64,000 nt of DNA from Anaerolineae bacterium (GTDB taxonomy: Bacteria > Chloroflexota > Anaerolineae > B4-G1 > DUEL01). The notes under the pieces were generated by a model. It searched no databases, was not told the DNA's origin, and saw nothing but the letters and a program-made list of their open reading frames with translations. Positions 20,471-29,550 of this stretch are shown here, piece after piece (the stretch's first letter is position 1; each line of letters starts with the position of its first letter). Location: positions 3,880 to 67,879 of the forward strand of contig DAOTYX010000184.1 of the NCBI GenBank assembly GCA_034434635.1, in the 5' to 3' direction. Both the position numbers and the translations under genes were made by a program.

Positions 20471-21427
20471 GTGGCAATCGAACGGGTCGCTGTCGTCGGG
20501 GCAGGGTTTATGGGGCACGCCATCGGCCAGGAGTTCGCCCTGGCCGGGCACCCCGTTGCGTTGCACGACCTGACCGAAGCCCACCTTCAGCAGGCAATGG
20601 CGCGAGTCGAGCGGAATCTGCAGGAGATGGCCCATTGGGGCATCGTCGCCGAAGAGGCCGTCTCGGAGGCGCTGGCACGTATCCGCACCACCACCGTGCT
20701 GGCCGATGCGGTCGGCAACGCCGACCTGGTGGTGGAGGCGGTTTTCGAGAACCTGGAGTTGAAGCGCGAGGTCTTCTCTGCCCTGGACCGTCTCTGTCCT
20801 CCGCACACCATCCTGGCCAGCAACACCTCCACGCTGATGCCCAGCCTTCTGGCGACGGCGACGCGTCGGCCTGAGCGGGTGCTGGTGACCCATTACTTCT
20901 ACCCGCCGTCGCTCCTGCCGCTGGTGGAGGTGGTGCGCGGGGAACGGACCGCTGAGGGTGTTGTGCAGGCGGTTTGTGCGCTGTTGCGCCGGATGGGCAA
21001 GAGTCCCATCGTGGTGCAGAAGGAGGCGCCGGGGTTCATCGCCAACCGGCTGCAGTTTGCCCTGCAGCGGGAGGCGTTGTACATCGTCGAGCAGGGGATC
21101 GCCACGGCGCAGGATGTGGATAGGGCGGTACGGGATGGTTTTGGGCGGCGGCTGGCCTTCGCCGGCCCCTTCGAGATCGCCGAACCGGTGGGCTGGGACC
21201 TGGAGTTGCAGATTCAGCGGTATCTCTTCCCCGACCTGGCGGGTTCCCTTACGCCTTCGCCACTGGTAGTGCAGAAGGTGGAGGGCGGGGAGTTGGGAGT
21301 CAAGACGGGGCGGGGATTCTATGATTGGACGCCTGAATCGGCCGAGGCCTGGCGGCGGAGGATGACGGAGGGGTTGCTGCGGCTGCGTCAGTGGCTGCAG
21401 AGCGGTGGCGAAAGGCTGGCGCTATGA
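20471..21427 (+). CDS. 3-hydroxyacyl-CoA dehydrogenase family (NAD-binding + C-terminal domain)
   Basis: VAVVGAGFMGHAIG Rossmann motif and ANRLQFAL C-domain. GTG 20471 chosen over the track start at 20132. Confidence 0.85.
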   Translation: MAIERVAVVGAGFMGHAIGQEFALAGHPVALHDLTEAHLQQAMARVERNLQEMAHWGIVAEEAVSEALARIRTTTVLADAVGNADLVVEAVFENLELKREVFSALDRLCPPHTILASNTSTLMPSLLATATRRPERVLVTHYFYPPSLLPLVEVVRGERTAEGVVQAVCALLRRMGKSPIVVQKEAPGFIANRLQFALQREALYIVEQGIATAQDVDRAVRDGFGRRLAFAGPFEIAEPVGWDLELQIQRYLFPDLAGSLTPSPLVVQKVEGGELGVKTGRGFYDWTPESAEAWRRRMTEGLLRLRQWLQSGGERLAL

Positions 21428-21439
21428 GGCGCAGACAGG

Positions 21440-21500
21440 GCTGTCCTTGACAGCCATTCTGTATATTGTATAATATACAATTGCCCGCCCGAACGGCAAA
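21440..21500 (+). promoter_or_regulatory. Consensus sigma70 promoter (TTGACA-16-TATAAT) with a perfect 15-bp palindrome TTGTATAATATACAA overlapping the -10, followed by AGGAGG RBS
   Basis: TTGACA 21447-21452, TATAAT 21469-21474, palindrome 21466-21480. Small hairpin GGCTGTC/GACAGCC at 21438-21455 may terminate the upstream operon. Confidence 0.65.
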
Positions 21501-21517
21501 CTCTCAGGAGGAAAAGC

Positions 21518-23221
21518 ATGGGAATCATTCGGCGACTGGATCTCTCGAACGGCACCTGGGCGACATCTCCCCTCGACCCGGCTCTGCGGCGGGACTTCCT
21601 GGGCGGGCTGGGACTGGCCGCCCGGCTGATGGCGGCCGAGGCCGACCTCTCCCTTTCCCCGCTCGACCCGAACCTCCCGTTGATCGTCACCGTCGGGCCG
21701 CTGACCGCGACCGGCTTCCCTGGCGCCAACCGCGTCTGCTTCTTCGGCGTCTCCCCGCTCACCGGATTGGTCGCTCCCAGTTGGATGGGCGGCGAATTCG
21801 GCACCGCCCTGGCCCGCAGCGACACGCAAGCCCTCATCCTGGAAGGGCGCGCCCCTCAACCCTCCATCATCATCCTCAGCGACCAGGGAAACCAACTCCT
21901 CCCCCGCCCTGATCTGTGGGGGCTGACGGCCTCCCAGACCCACGCCGCGCTCAAAAGGGACTATCCCGACCTGCACGCAGTGGTCATTGGTCCGGCGGGC
22001 GAGCGACAGGTGGCCTTCGCCAACGTCCGCGGCAACGAGTCCCACTCGGCAGGGCGATGCGGCATGGGCGCCGTGCTGGGCAGCAAGAACGTCAAGGCGA
22101 TCCTGGCCGGCGGTCAGGCCAGACCGGCCGTAGCCGATCCTGACGGGCTCAAGAAAGTCACGCGCCAGGCAACGCGGGCTGTCCAGGCTTCGGACTTCCT
22201 CCAAAATGTGCAGGGGCCCATCGGCACGCCCAACCTGGTCGCTCCCGTCAACGAGTTCCACGCCTTCCCCACCGCCAACCACCGCGAGCGTTTCTTCCCC
22301 ACCGCCGACCGGGTCTACGGCGAGCGCATCGCTCAGGACTTCGTCGTCCGCCGCAGCACCTGCCCCTTCTGCGCCGTTCGCTGTCGCCTGCACGTGCGCA
22401 TAGACGGCGAGGAGATGGATGCCGCTGAGTACGAGGCCCTCTGGGCCTTCAGCGGCGAGAACAACCTGGATGATTACCCGCAGATCGTCCGTGCGGTCAC
22501 CCTGTGCAACGACCTGGGCATGGACGCCATCTCCGCCGGGGTGACGGTGGCCTTCTACCGCGAACTCACCGGCACGCTGGACAACCCCGACAACATCCCC
22601 GACATCATCCGGCAGATCGCCTATCGCCAGGGGGATGGAGATATCCTGGCGCACGGCACCCGACACGCCGCGGCCCACTTCGGCGTGGACTACGCCATGC
22701 AGGTGAAGGGGCTGGAACTGGCCGCCTACGACCCGCGCAAACTGATCGGCATGGCCATCTCTTATTCCACCGCCAACCGCGGCGGCTGCCACAGCCGCGC
22801 CTGGACGGTGGGGGATGAACTGAGCGGGCGCGACTTCTCGGGCGCGGAACTGGCGGAGATGGTGGCCCGTTACCACGACGCTGGCTGCGTGCGCGACTCG
22901 CTCATCGAGTGCACCTTCCTCGATGGCACCGTGCGTCCCTTCTACGCCCCTGCGCTCACCTGCATCACCGGCGAGTCGTTCGACGACGAGGCGCTGGCCC
23001 GCACCGGCGAGCGGATCTACACCCTGGAACGGGCGCTGAATGTGCAACGCGGCGTCCATGCTGGGTTGGACACCCTCCCGCGCCGCCTGCTTGATGGCCT
23101 GGTCAGCCCCGTCAAGTACTACGACGGCATGCGGGTCTACTACCAACTGCGCGACTGGGACGACCAGGGCCGTCCCAGTCCTCGTCGGCTGCAGGCTCTG
23201 GGGTTGGACTTCCTCGCCTGA
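21518..23221 (+). CDS. Aldehyde:ferredoxin oxidoreductase (AOR) family tungsto/molybdo-pterin enzyme
   Basis: AOR N-domain (GPLTATGFPGANRVCFFGVSPLTG), FeS Cys motif CPFCAVRC, C-terminal AOR domains. Confidence 0.85.
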   Translation: MGIIRRLDLSNGTWATSPLDPALRRDFLGGLGLAARLMAAEADLSLSPLDPNLPLIVTVGPLTATGFPGANRVCFFGVSPLTGLVAPSWMGGEFGTALARSDTQALILEGRAPQPSIIILSDQGNQLLPRPDLWGLTASQTHAALKRDYPDLHAVVIGPAGERQVAFANVRGNESHSAGRCGMGAVLGSKNVKAILAGGQARPAVADPDGLKKVTRQATRAVQASDFLQNVQGPIGTPNLVAPVNEFHAFPTANHRERFFPTADRVYGERIAQDFVVRRSTCPFCAVRCRLHVRIDGEEMDAAEYEALWAFSGENNLDDYPQIVRAVTLCNDLGMDAISAGVTVAFYRELTGTLDNPDNIPDIIRQIAYRQGDGDILAHGTRHAAAHFGVDYAMQVKGLELAAYDPRKLIGMAISYSTANRGGCHSRAWTVGDELSGRDFSGAELAEMVARYHDAGCVRDSLIECTFLDGTVRPFYAPALTCITGESFDDEALARTGERIYTLERALNVQRGVHAGLDTLPRRLLDGLVSPVKYYDGMRVYYQLRDWDDQGRPSPRRLQALGLDFLA

Positions 23222-23281
23222 GCGACGAGCAGAACCCCGGCACGGGCAAGATGCCGGAGGTATAAGGATGGAGGATGAACG

Positions 23282-24586
23282 ATGAAGATCGGCGCACGTC
23301 TGGCAGTGACGATGACGGATCAGGGGGTGATCCGCAACCCCCTCATCGAGGTCGCCGGGGAGCGGATCGTCCGCGTTCAGGCAGAGGGTGCTGACGAGAA
23401 ACCCGACCTGTACGTGGATGGCATCATCATCCCCGGCCTGATCAGCAGCCATACCCATTTGCACGGCCTGGTGGCCTATGGCCACCCCGTGCCGGCGCCA
23501 GCGGGTTTCTGGCCCTTCCTCCGCGAGTACTGGTGGCCCTACGTCGAGGACGTGCTGCGTACAGATGACGTGGCCAGCCTGGCCGCCTACGCCGCGATCC
23601 TGCACCTGAAGAACGGCTACACCTGTTTCTGTGACGTGATGGAGGCCCCCTATGCCGAGCCGGGCTTCATGCTGGCCGAAGCGGAGGCGGTCGCCGCAAC
23701 CGGAGCGCGCGCGTTCGTCTCCAACGAGGCCACAGAACGGGCCGGCCCGGAGATCGCCCGCAAACTCTTGGCGGAGAACGAGCGCATTCTCTCCCTCGAC
23801 GGCCTGGTGCGCGGGGTGATGAGCGTGCACACCACCTTCTCCTGTAGCGGCCCCTACATCCAGCAGGCCAAGGAGATCGCCCGTCGCCACGGAGCGATCT
23901 TCCACCTGCACGTCTCCGAGGGGACCTACCACGTCGAGGATACCCTGCAGCGCTTCGGCCAGCGGCCCGTCCCCTATTTGCGCGATCTGGGCGTGCTGGA
24001 TGAGTACACCCTGGCCTCACAGTGTGTCCACCTGACCGATGAGGAGATCGCCATCATGGCGGAGACGGGGACGCGCATCAGCCACAACCCGGTGTCGAAC
24101 ATGGAGATCGGCACCGGCGCAGCCCCGCTGGCCAGGATGCTCAGGGCTGGCGCCGAGGTCAGCCTGGGGGATGATGGCTTCATCCGCGCCTTCGACCCCT
24201 TCGTCAACTTCAGCACCACCCTCCTGCTCCACTCGCTGATCAGTCCTGGCGAGGTTTCCGCTGCCGAAGTCTTCGCCCTGCACACGACCAGCGCAGCGCG
24301 GGCGCTTCACCTGGATGCGGGCCGGCTGGCCCCCGGCGCCCTGGCCGACCTGGTGATCCTGCGCGACCACTCTCCCTCCCCGCTGCTGCCGGAGAACGTC
24401 ATCTACCACCTGGTCGTCGGCGCGCTGAGCAGTGATGTGAGCCACGTGATGGTGAACGGACGCATGGTGGTGGCTGACGGCCGTGTGACCACAGCGGACG
24501 AGGAACAGGCGCGCGCCCGCGCTGCCGCCACGATCTCCCGTCTGTGGGAGGGGGCACGCCGCGGCCGGGCAGGAGGAGGAGTCTGA
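23282..24586 (+). CDS. Amidohydrolase-superfamily enzyme (second; deaminase / chlorohydrolase-like)
   Basis: IIPGLISSHTHLHG HxH motif, HLHVSE, and the C-terminal Asp. Confidence 0.85.
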   Translation: MKIGARLAVTMTDQGVIRNPLIEVAGERIVRVQAEGADEKPDLYVDGIIIPGLISSHTHLHGLVAYGHPVPAPAGFWPFLREYWWPYVEDVLRTDDVASLAAYAAILHLKNGYTCFCDVMEAPYAEPGFMLAEAEAVAATGARAFVSNEATERAGPEIARKLLAENERILSLDGLVRGVMSVHTTFSCSGPYIQQAKEIARRHGAIFHLHVSEGTYHVEDTLQRFGQRPVPYLRDLGVLDEYTLASQCVHLTDEEIAIMAETGTRISHNPVSNMEIGTGAAPLARMLRAGAEVSLGDDGFIRAFDPFVNFSTTLLLHSLISPGEVSAAEVFALHTTSAARALHLDAGRLAPGALADLVILRDHSPSPLLPENVIYHLVVGALSSDVSHVMVNGRMVVADGRVTTADEEQARARAAATISRLWEGARRGRAGGGV

Positions 24587-27500
24587 TGTGGCGCTCATAC
24601 CATCTGGCGACCTCGGTTGAGGATGCGCTGCAGGCTCTGCAACGGGAGCAGGGCCAGGCGCGGCTCGTCGCCGGCGGCACCGATCTGGTGTTGCAGGTGC
24701 GCGAGGGCAAGTTCACCCCTCAGTGTTTGGTGGACACCACGCGCATCCCCGAACTTGAGGAGATCGCTATCGAAGGGGATCGCATCCTGGTGGGGGCCAA
24801 CGTCACCTTCCATCGCCTGTGGACCTCGCCGCAGGTCAATGCAGCCGGCTTTGTGCTGGCCGAGGCGGCTCGCCACGTCGCCGCCTGGGCCATCCAGAAC
24901 GTGGGCACGCTGGCCGGCAACGTCGTCAGCGCGCAGCCGGCCGGCGATGGTAGCATCGCCCTGGTGGCCCTGGGAGCCGAGGCGGAGATTACCCGCCTCG
25001 ACGGCCGTCGCTGGGTGGCGGTCTCCAGCCTCTACGCCGGCCCTGGCCGCTCCCGCCTCGACCCGACGCGGGAGATGATCACCCGCTTCCGCTGGCGGCT
25101 CCCCGCGCCGCACCAGGCCTCAGCCTATGAGCGCATTGCCCGCCGCGAGGTGATGTCGCTTCCCATCGCCTGCTGCGGCGTGGACCTGGAACTCACGCCC
25201 GACCTGGAGCACATCGCCTGGGTGCGCATCGCCCTGGGGCCGGTGGCCGACACCCCCTTCCGCGCCACCTGCGCCGAGGACGCCCTGCGCGGCGCCCGCT
25301 GCGAGGAGGTGGACTACGCTTACGCTGCCGAACAGGCCGCCTTTGCCTGTACCCTGCGCAGCAGCCGTCTGCGCGCCAGCCGCGAGTACCGCGAGGAAGT
25401 GGTGGAGGTACTGGTGCGACGGGCGCTGCGGCGGGCGGTCGAAGCGGCGCGCAGCGGCGAGCCCCGCAGCGTGGCTGGCCGCTTCACCTGGGAGCGGCGC
25501 TGGGCGAATGGCGTGGCCAGTCCCCCGGAGGGTGGTCGCATCACCTTCACGCTCAACGGTCAGCCCTGTACTGTGAGGGTGGACCCGGCAAGGACGCTGG
25601 CCCAGGTGCTGCGCGAGGACCTGGGGTTGACCGGCACGAAGATCGGCTGCGACGAAGGGGACTGTGGCGCCTGTATGGTCCTCCTCGATGGCCAGCCCGT
25701 GACCTCGTGCATCCTCCCGGCCTTCAAGGTGCACGGACGACAGGTGCGGACCATCGAGGGAGTATCCGACGGAGAGCAACTGCATCCCATTCAGCAGGCT
25801 TTCCTCTACCACGACGCCATCCAGTGCGGCTACTGCACGCCGGGGATGGTGATGGCTGCCAATGCCCTGCTGGCCGACCTGCCCGACCCGACGCCGGAGG
25901 AGATCAAGATCGCTCTGGGGAGCAACTACTGCCGCTGCACCGGTTATGTGAAGATCGTGGACGCAGTACAGGATGCGGCTGCGGTCCTTCGCGGAGCCAG
26001 GCAGGAGATCACCCGTCGCGCCGCGCCGCGCAAGGGGGCCCTGGCCCGCGTGACCGGGCGTGAGGTCTACGCTGGAGACATGCGCCTGGACGGGATGCTT
26101 TATGGCCGTCTGGTCTGGAGCCAGCACCCCCACGCGGAGATTCTGAGCATAGATACGCGCGCGGCGGAGGAGACACCAGGGGTGGTGCGGGTGATTACCC
26201 ACCGCGACGTGCCTGGCACCAACGCCTTCGGCTCCTGGGGCTACGACCAACCAGCCCTGGCCGAGGGCAAGGTGCTCTACGTGGGTGAGGTGGTCGCTGC
26301 GGTCTTTGCCGAAACGCCGGAGGCGGCGGAGGCGGGCGCCGCGCGGGTGCGCGTCGAGTACCGTCCGTTGCCGGGGGTCTTCACCCCACAGGACGCGCTG
26401 CGGCCCGACGCCCCCGTCCTCAAGGGCGACGACAACATCTTCTACCGCTCGCGGGTGGAGAAGGGAGATGTGGAGGCAGGCTTCGCCCAGGCGGACGTGA
26501 TCATCGAGGATGACTACACCACCCCGGCCATCGAGCATGCCTTCCTGGAGACCGAGGCGGGGGTAGGGGTGATGGAGGGTGACGTCGTCACCATCTACCA
26601 GGCCACCCAGTGGCCGCCCGGTGACCGGCAACAGATCGCCGACATCCTCGGCCTGCCGCTGGAGCGGGTGCGCATCGTCCAGACGCCGGTAGGTGGGGCG
26701 TTCGGCGGCAAGATGGACCTGACCACTCAGCCGGTGCTGGCCCTGGGTACCTTCCTGACCGGTCGCCCGGTCAAGGTGGTGCTCTCGCGCCCAGAGTCCA
26801 TCCGCATGCACCAGAAACGCCACCCCTTCTGGTTACACTACAAGGTGGGGGCCACCCGCGATGGCCGTATCGTGGCCTTCGAGGGGCAATTGCTGCTCGA
26901 CGGCGGGGCCTACCGCTCCACGACCGATGACGTGCTCGAACAGGCAACGGTCTTCTCCTCCGGCCCTTACGCCATCCCCAACGTGCGCGTCACCGGCATG
27001 GCCGTGCGCACCAACAACGCCCCTTGTGGAGCCATGCGCGGCTTCGGCGCCAACCAGGTCTGCTTTGCGATGGAGTCCACCATTGACCAGCTGGCGCGGC
27101 GGCTGAACATGGACCCCTTTCAGATCCGCCGCATCAACATGTACGATGTGGGGTCGGAACTGGTCACTGGCCAGATCCTGCGGCACAGTGTGGGGGCGAA
27201 ACCCACACTGGATGCTGCGGAGGCGGCGTTGCGCCGCGAGCGGCTGCCTGCGCCACGCCCGGGCCGACGCATCGGGGTAGGGGTGGCCTCGGGGATGAAG
27301 AACGTGGGCCTGGGCATCGGCGGCGACGACAGCGTGCACGTGGCGATGTGCCTGCAACCGGACGGCAGGCTGCTCCTCCGAGAGGGAGCCATTGACCTGG
27401 GCCAGGGAGCCAACACGGTGATGGCCCGTATCGCTGCCAGCGCTGTAGGGGTGGAGGACGGGTTGGTGGCCGTCATCGCGGGCGATACGCGCGAGGGGGA

Positions 27501-28287
27501 GGACGGCGGCATTACCGCCGCCTCACGTCAGACCTTCGTCACGGGCCGCGCCTGCGCCGAGGTGGCGCAGCAGTTCCGCGCGCGCCTGCTGGAGGTCGCC
27601 GCCCGGACCTATCAGGTGGACCCGCGGCGGTTGACGTTGACGCCAGAAGGACGGTTTGTCGATCTGGAACAGGAAACGCCCGTGGCCACGCTGGAGGACC
27701 TGGCCCGCGTCCTTCACGAGCGTGGCGAAGACCTGGCCGTGACCTATCACCATCAACCCCCCCGCACCTATCGCATCCTTACCCCTGCCCAGCGGCAGGA
27801 GGCAGGCATCACCGAGGAGGACTACATCAACTATCCGGCGCTGTGCTACATGTGCCACGTCGTCATCGTGGAAGTGGACGAGGAGACGGGTCACGTGGAG
27901 GTGCTCAAGGTCATCGCCGCGCATGACGTGGGCCGGGCGATCATCCCCACAGCGGTCGAGGGCCAGATCGAGGGGGCTGTGGTGATGGGCCTGGGCTACG
28001 CGCTGACGGAGGAGTTCGTCCAGGAAGAGGGGCGCATCCTTTCCGACTCGCTGCACAAGATCGCGCTGCCGCGCAGCACGCTGCCAGTGCAGATCGTGCC
28101 GCTGATCGTGGAGGACCCCGACCCGGGCGGTCCTTTCGGCGCCAAGGGGTTGGCCGAAGCCGGCGCAGTCGCCACAGCGCCGGCGGTGACCAACGCCATC
28201 TTCGACGCGGTGGGGGTGCGCATCCGCAACCTGCCAGCGACGAAAGAGAAGGTGTTGTTGGGGATGCGGGGTGTGGAGACGCGGTGA
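24586..28287 (+). CDS. Single-polypeptide xanthine-dehydrogenase-family molybdenum hydroxylase: FAD (CoxM-like) + [2Fe-2S] (CoxS-like) + MoCo (CoxL-like) domains fused
   Basis: Continuous 1233-codon ORF. N-terminal FAD_binding_5 segment (GGTDLV), two 2Fe-2S motifs (CDEGDCGACMV, CGYCTPG...CRCTGY), then an aldehyde-oxidase/XDH Mo domain of about 750 aa. ATG overlaps the upstream stop (TGATG). Confidence 0.85.
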   Translation: MWRSYHLATSVEDALQALQREQGQARLVAGGTDLVLQVREGKFTPQCLVDTTRIPELEEIAIEGDRILVGANVTFHRLWTSPQVNAAGFVLAEAARHVAAWAIQNVGTLAGNVVSAQPAGDGSIALVALGAEAEITRLDGRRWVAVSSLYAGPGRSRLDPTREMITRFRWRLPAPHQASAYERIARREVMSLPIACCGVDLELTPDLEHIAWVRIALGPVADTPFRATCAEDALRGARCEEVDYAYAAEQAAFACTLRSSRLRASREYREEVVEVLVRRALRRAVEAARSGEPRSVAGRFTWERRWANGVASPPEGGRITFTLNGQPCTVRVDPARTLAQVLREDLGLTGTKIGCDEGDCGACMVLLDGQPVTSCILPAFKVHGRQVRTIEGVSDGEQLHPIQQAFLYHDAIQCGYCTPGMVMAANALLADLPDPTPEEIKIALGSNYCRCTGYVKIVDAVQDAAAVLRGARQEITRRAAPRKGALARVTGREVYAGDMRLDGMLYGRLVWSQHPHAEILSIDTRAAEETPGVVRVITHRDVPGTNAFGSWGYDQPALAEGKVLYVGEVVAAVFAETPEAAEAGAARVRVEYRPLPGVFTPQDALRPDAPVLKGDDNIFYRSRVEKGDVEAGFAQADVIIEDDYTTPAIEHAFLETEAGVGVMEGDVVTIYQATQWPPGDRQQIADILGLPLERVRIVQTPVGGAFGGKMDLTTQPVLALGTFLTGRPVKVVLSRPESIRMHQKRHPFWLHYKVGATRDGRIVAFEGQLLLDGGAYRSTTDDVLEQATVFSSGPYAIPNVRVTGMAVRTNNAPCGAMRGFGANQVCFAMESTIDQLARRLNMDPFQIRRINMYDVGSELVTGQILRHSVGAKPTLDAAEAALRRERLPAPRPGRRIGVGVASGMKNVGLGIGGDDSVHVAMCLQPDGRLLLREGAIDLGQGANTVMARIAASAVGVEDGLVAVIAGDTREGEDGGITAASRQTFVTGRACAEVAQQFRARLLEVAARTYQVDPRRLTLTPEGRFVDLEQETPVATLEDLARVLHERGEDLAVTYHHQPPRTYRILTPAQRQEAGITEEDYINYPALCYMCHVVIVEVDEETGHVEVLKVIAAHDVGRAIIPTAVEGQIEGAVVMGLGYALTEEFVQEEGRILSDSLHKIALPRSTLPVQIVPLIVEDPDPGGPFGAKGLAEAGAVATAPAVTNAIFDAVGVRIRNLPATKEKVLLGMRGVETR

Positions 28288-28326
28288 CGCGGAAAGGTTT
28301 TCTTGCAAGAGACAGGGAGGTAAACG

Positions 28327-29547
28327 ATGAACAGGAGTCCGCAGGAGATTCGTGAGATTGATCAGAAGTACGTGGCGCAGCTCTTCCCGACGCCCAAGTC
28401 CATCCTGGCAACGGAAGGGCGGGGTTGTATCCTCAAGACGGCTGAGGGACGGGAGTATCTCGACCTCATCGGGGGCATCGCCGTCACCGCCACCGGCCAC
28501 TCGCATCCCAAGGTGGTCGAGGCGATCTGCGAACAGGCCCGGCAGATCATCCACGGGAACGCCTTCGGCAACTTCATCTACCCCATCCAGGCCGAACTGG
28601 CGCAACTGATCGCCGAACGCGCCCCCGGCAACCTGGAGAGCACCTTCTTCTGCAACAGCGGGGCGGAGGCGGTGGAAGGGGCGATCAAACTGGCGGTCAA
28701 GGCCACACGCCGTCGCCGCCTCATCTACTTCAGCCGCGCCTTCCACGGCCGTACCTACATGACCCTCTCGGTCAGCGCCAAGCGGCTGTATAAGGACCCC
28801 TTCGAGCCGCTCTACCCCTGGGCGACGGAGGTGCCCTTCAATGACATCCGCACCACCCGGGCGATGATGAACGACGATGTCGCCGCGGTCATCGTCGAGC
28901 CGATCCAGGGCGAAGGCGGCATCCGCCCGTGCGATGATGACTTCCTGCCCGCCCTGCGTGAGGTGACCCGCGAGTTCGGGGCGATGCTGATCGTGGACGA
29001 GATCCAGACCGGCTTCGGGCGCACCGGAGCCTGGTTCGCCTGCGAGCACTACGGCGTGGTGCCCGACATCATGACGATGGCCAAGGGCATCGCCTCCGGC
29101 ATGCCGCTGGGCGGCTTCATCGCCTCGCGGGAACTGATGGCCGAGATGTCCGACCCGCCGCTGGTCCACTGCACCACCTACGGCGGCAACCCGGTCTGCT
29201 GCGCGGCGGCGGTGGCGACCATCAAGGTGATCGAGGAGGAGAACCTGCTCCAGAACGCGCGCGATCGTGGCGCGGAACTGATCGGCGGCATGAATGAACT
29301 GAAGCAGCGGTACCCTCATCGCATCAATGAGATTCGCGGACGTGGCCTGCTGACGGCGATGGATTTCCATCGCCCGGAGGACACCGCGGCCTTCGTCGGC
29401 AAGGTCAACGAACTGGGCGCGGTCGTCTGCTGGACCGTCAACTCGGGCACGACGGTGCGCGTCTCACCGCCGCTGGTGATCACCAAAGAACAGGTGGCGC
29501 GGGCGTTGGACATCTTCGACCGTGCCCTGGCGGCGCTGGACAGATAG
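28327..29547 (+). CDS. Class-III PLP aminotransferase, paralog C (closest paralog of 2617..3849)
   Basis: [20 protein letters not shown]; aligns to paralog A at roughly 50-55% identity. Confidence 0.9.
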   Translation: MNRSPQEIREIDQKYVAQLFPTPKSILATEGRGCILKTAEGREYLDLIGGIAVTATGHSHPKVVEAICEQARQIIHGNAFGNFIYPIQAELAQLIAERAPGNLESTFFCNSGAEAVEGAIKLAVKATRRRRLIYFSRAFHGRTYMTLSVSAKRLYKDPFEPLYPWATEVPFNDIRTTRAMMNDDVAAVIVEPIQGEGGIRPCDDDFLPALREVTREFGAMLIVDEIQTGFGRTGAWFACEHYGVVPDIMTMAKGIASGMPLGGFIASRELMAEMSDPPLVHCTTYGGNPVCCAAAVATIKVIEEENLLQNARDRGAELIGGMNELKQRYPHRINEIRGRGLLTAMDFHRPEDTAAFVGKVNELGAVVCWTVNSGTTVRVSPPLVITKEQVARALDIFDRALAALDR

Positions 29548-29550
29548 ACG

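Noticed and set aside
21422-23932. 836-aa minus-strand ORF and many other long antisense ORFs (e.g. 1446..2543, 2419..3972, 7602..8987, 9040..10344, 14442..15677, 16833..18458, 25120..26823, 27523..29370, 30373..31902, 37387..38616, 39876..41330, 50245..51630, 53404..55077, 58788..60287, 60438..61616; and + strand 48679..49917)
   Set aside because: Typical high-GC shadow ORFs. The opposite strand encodes proteins with clear family signatures and contiguous operon structure. The antisense products are low-complexity Arg/Pro/Gly-rich.
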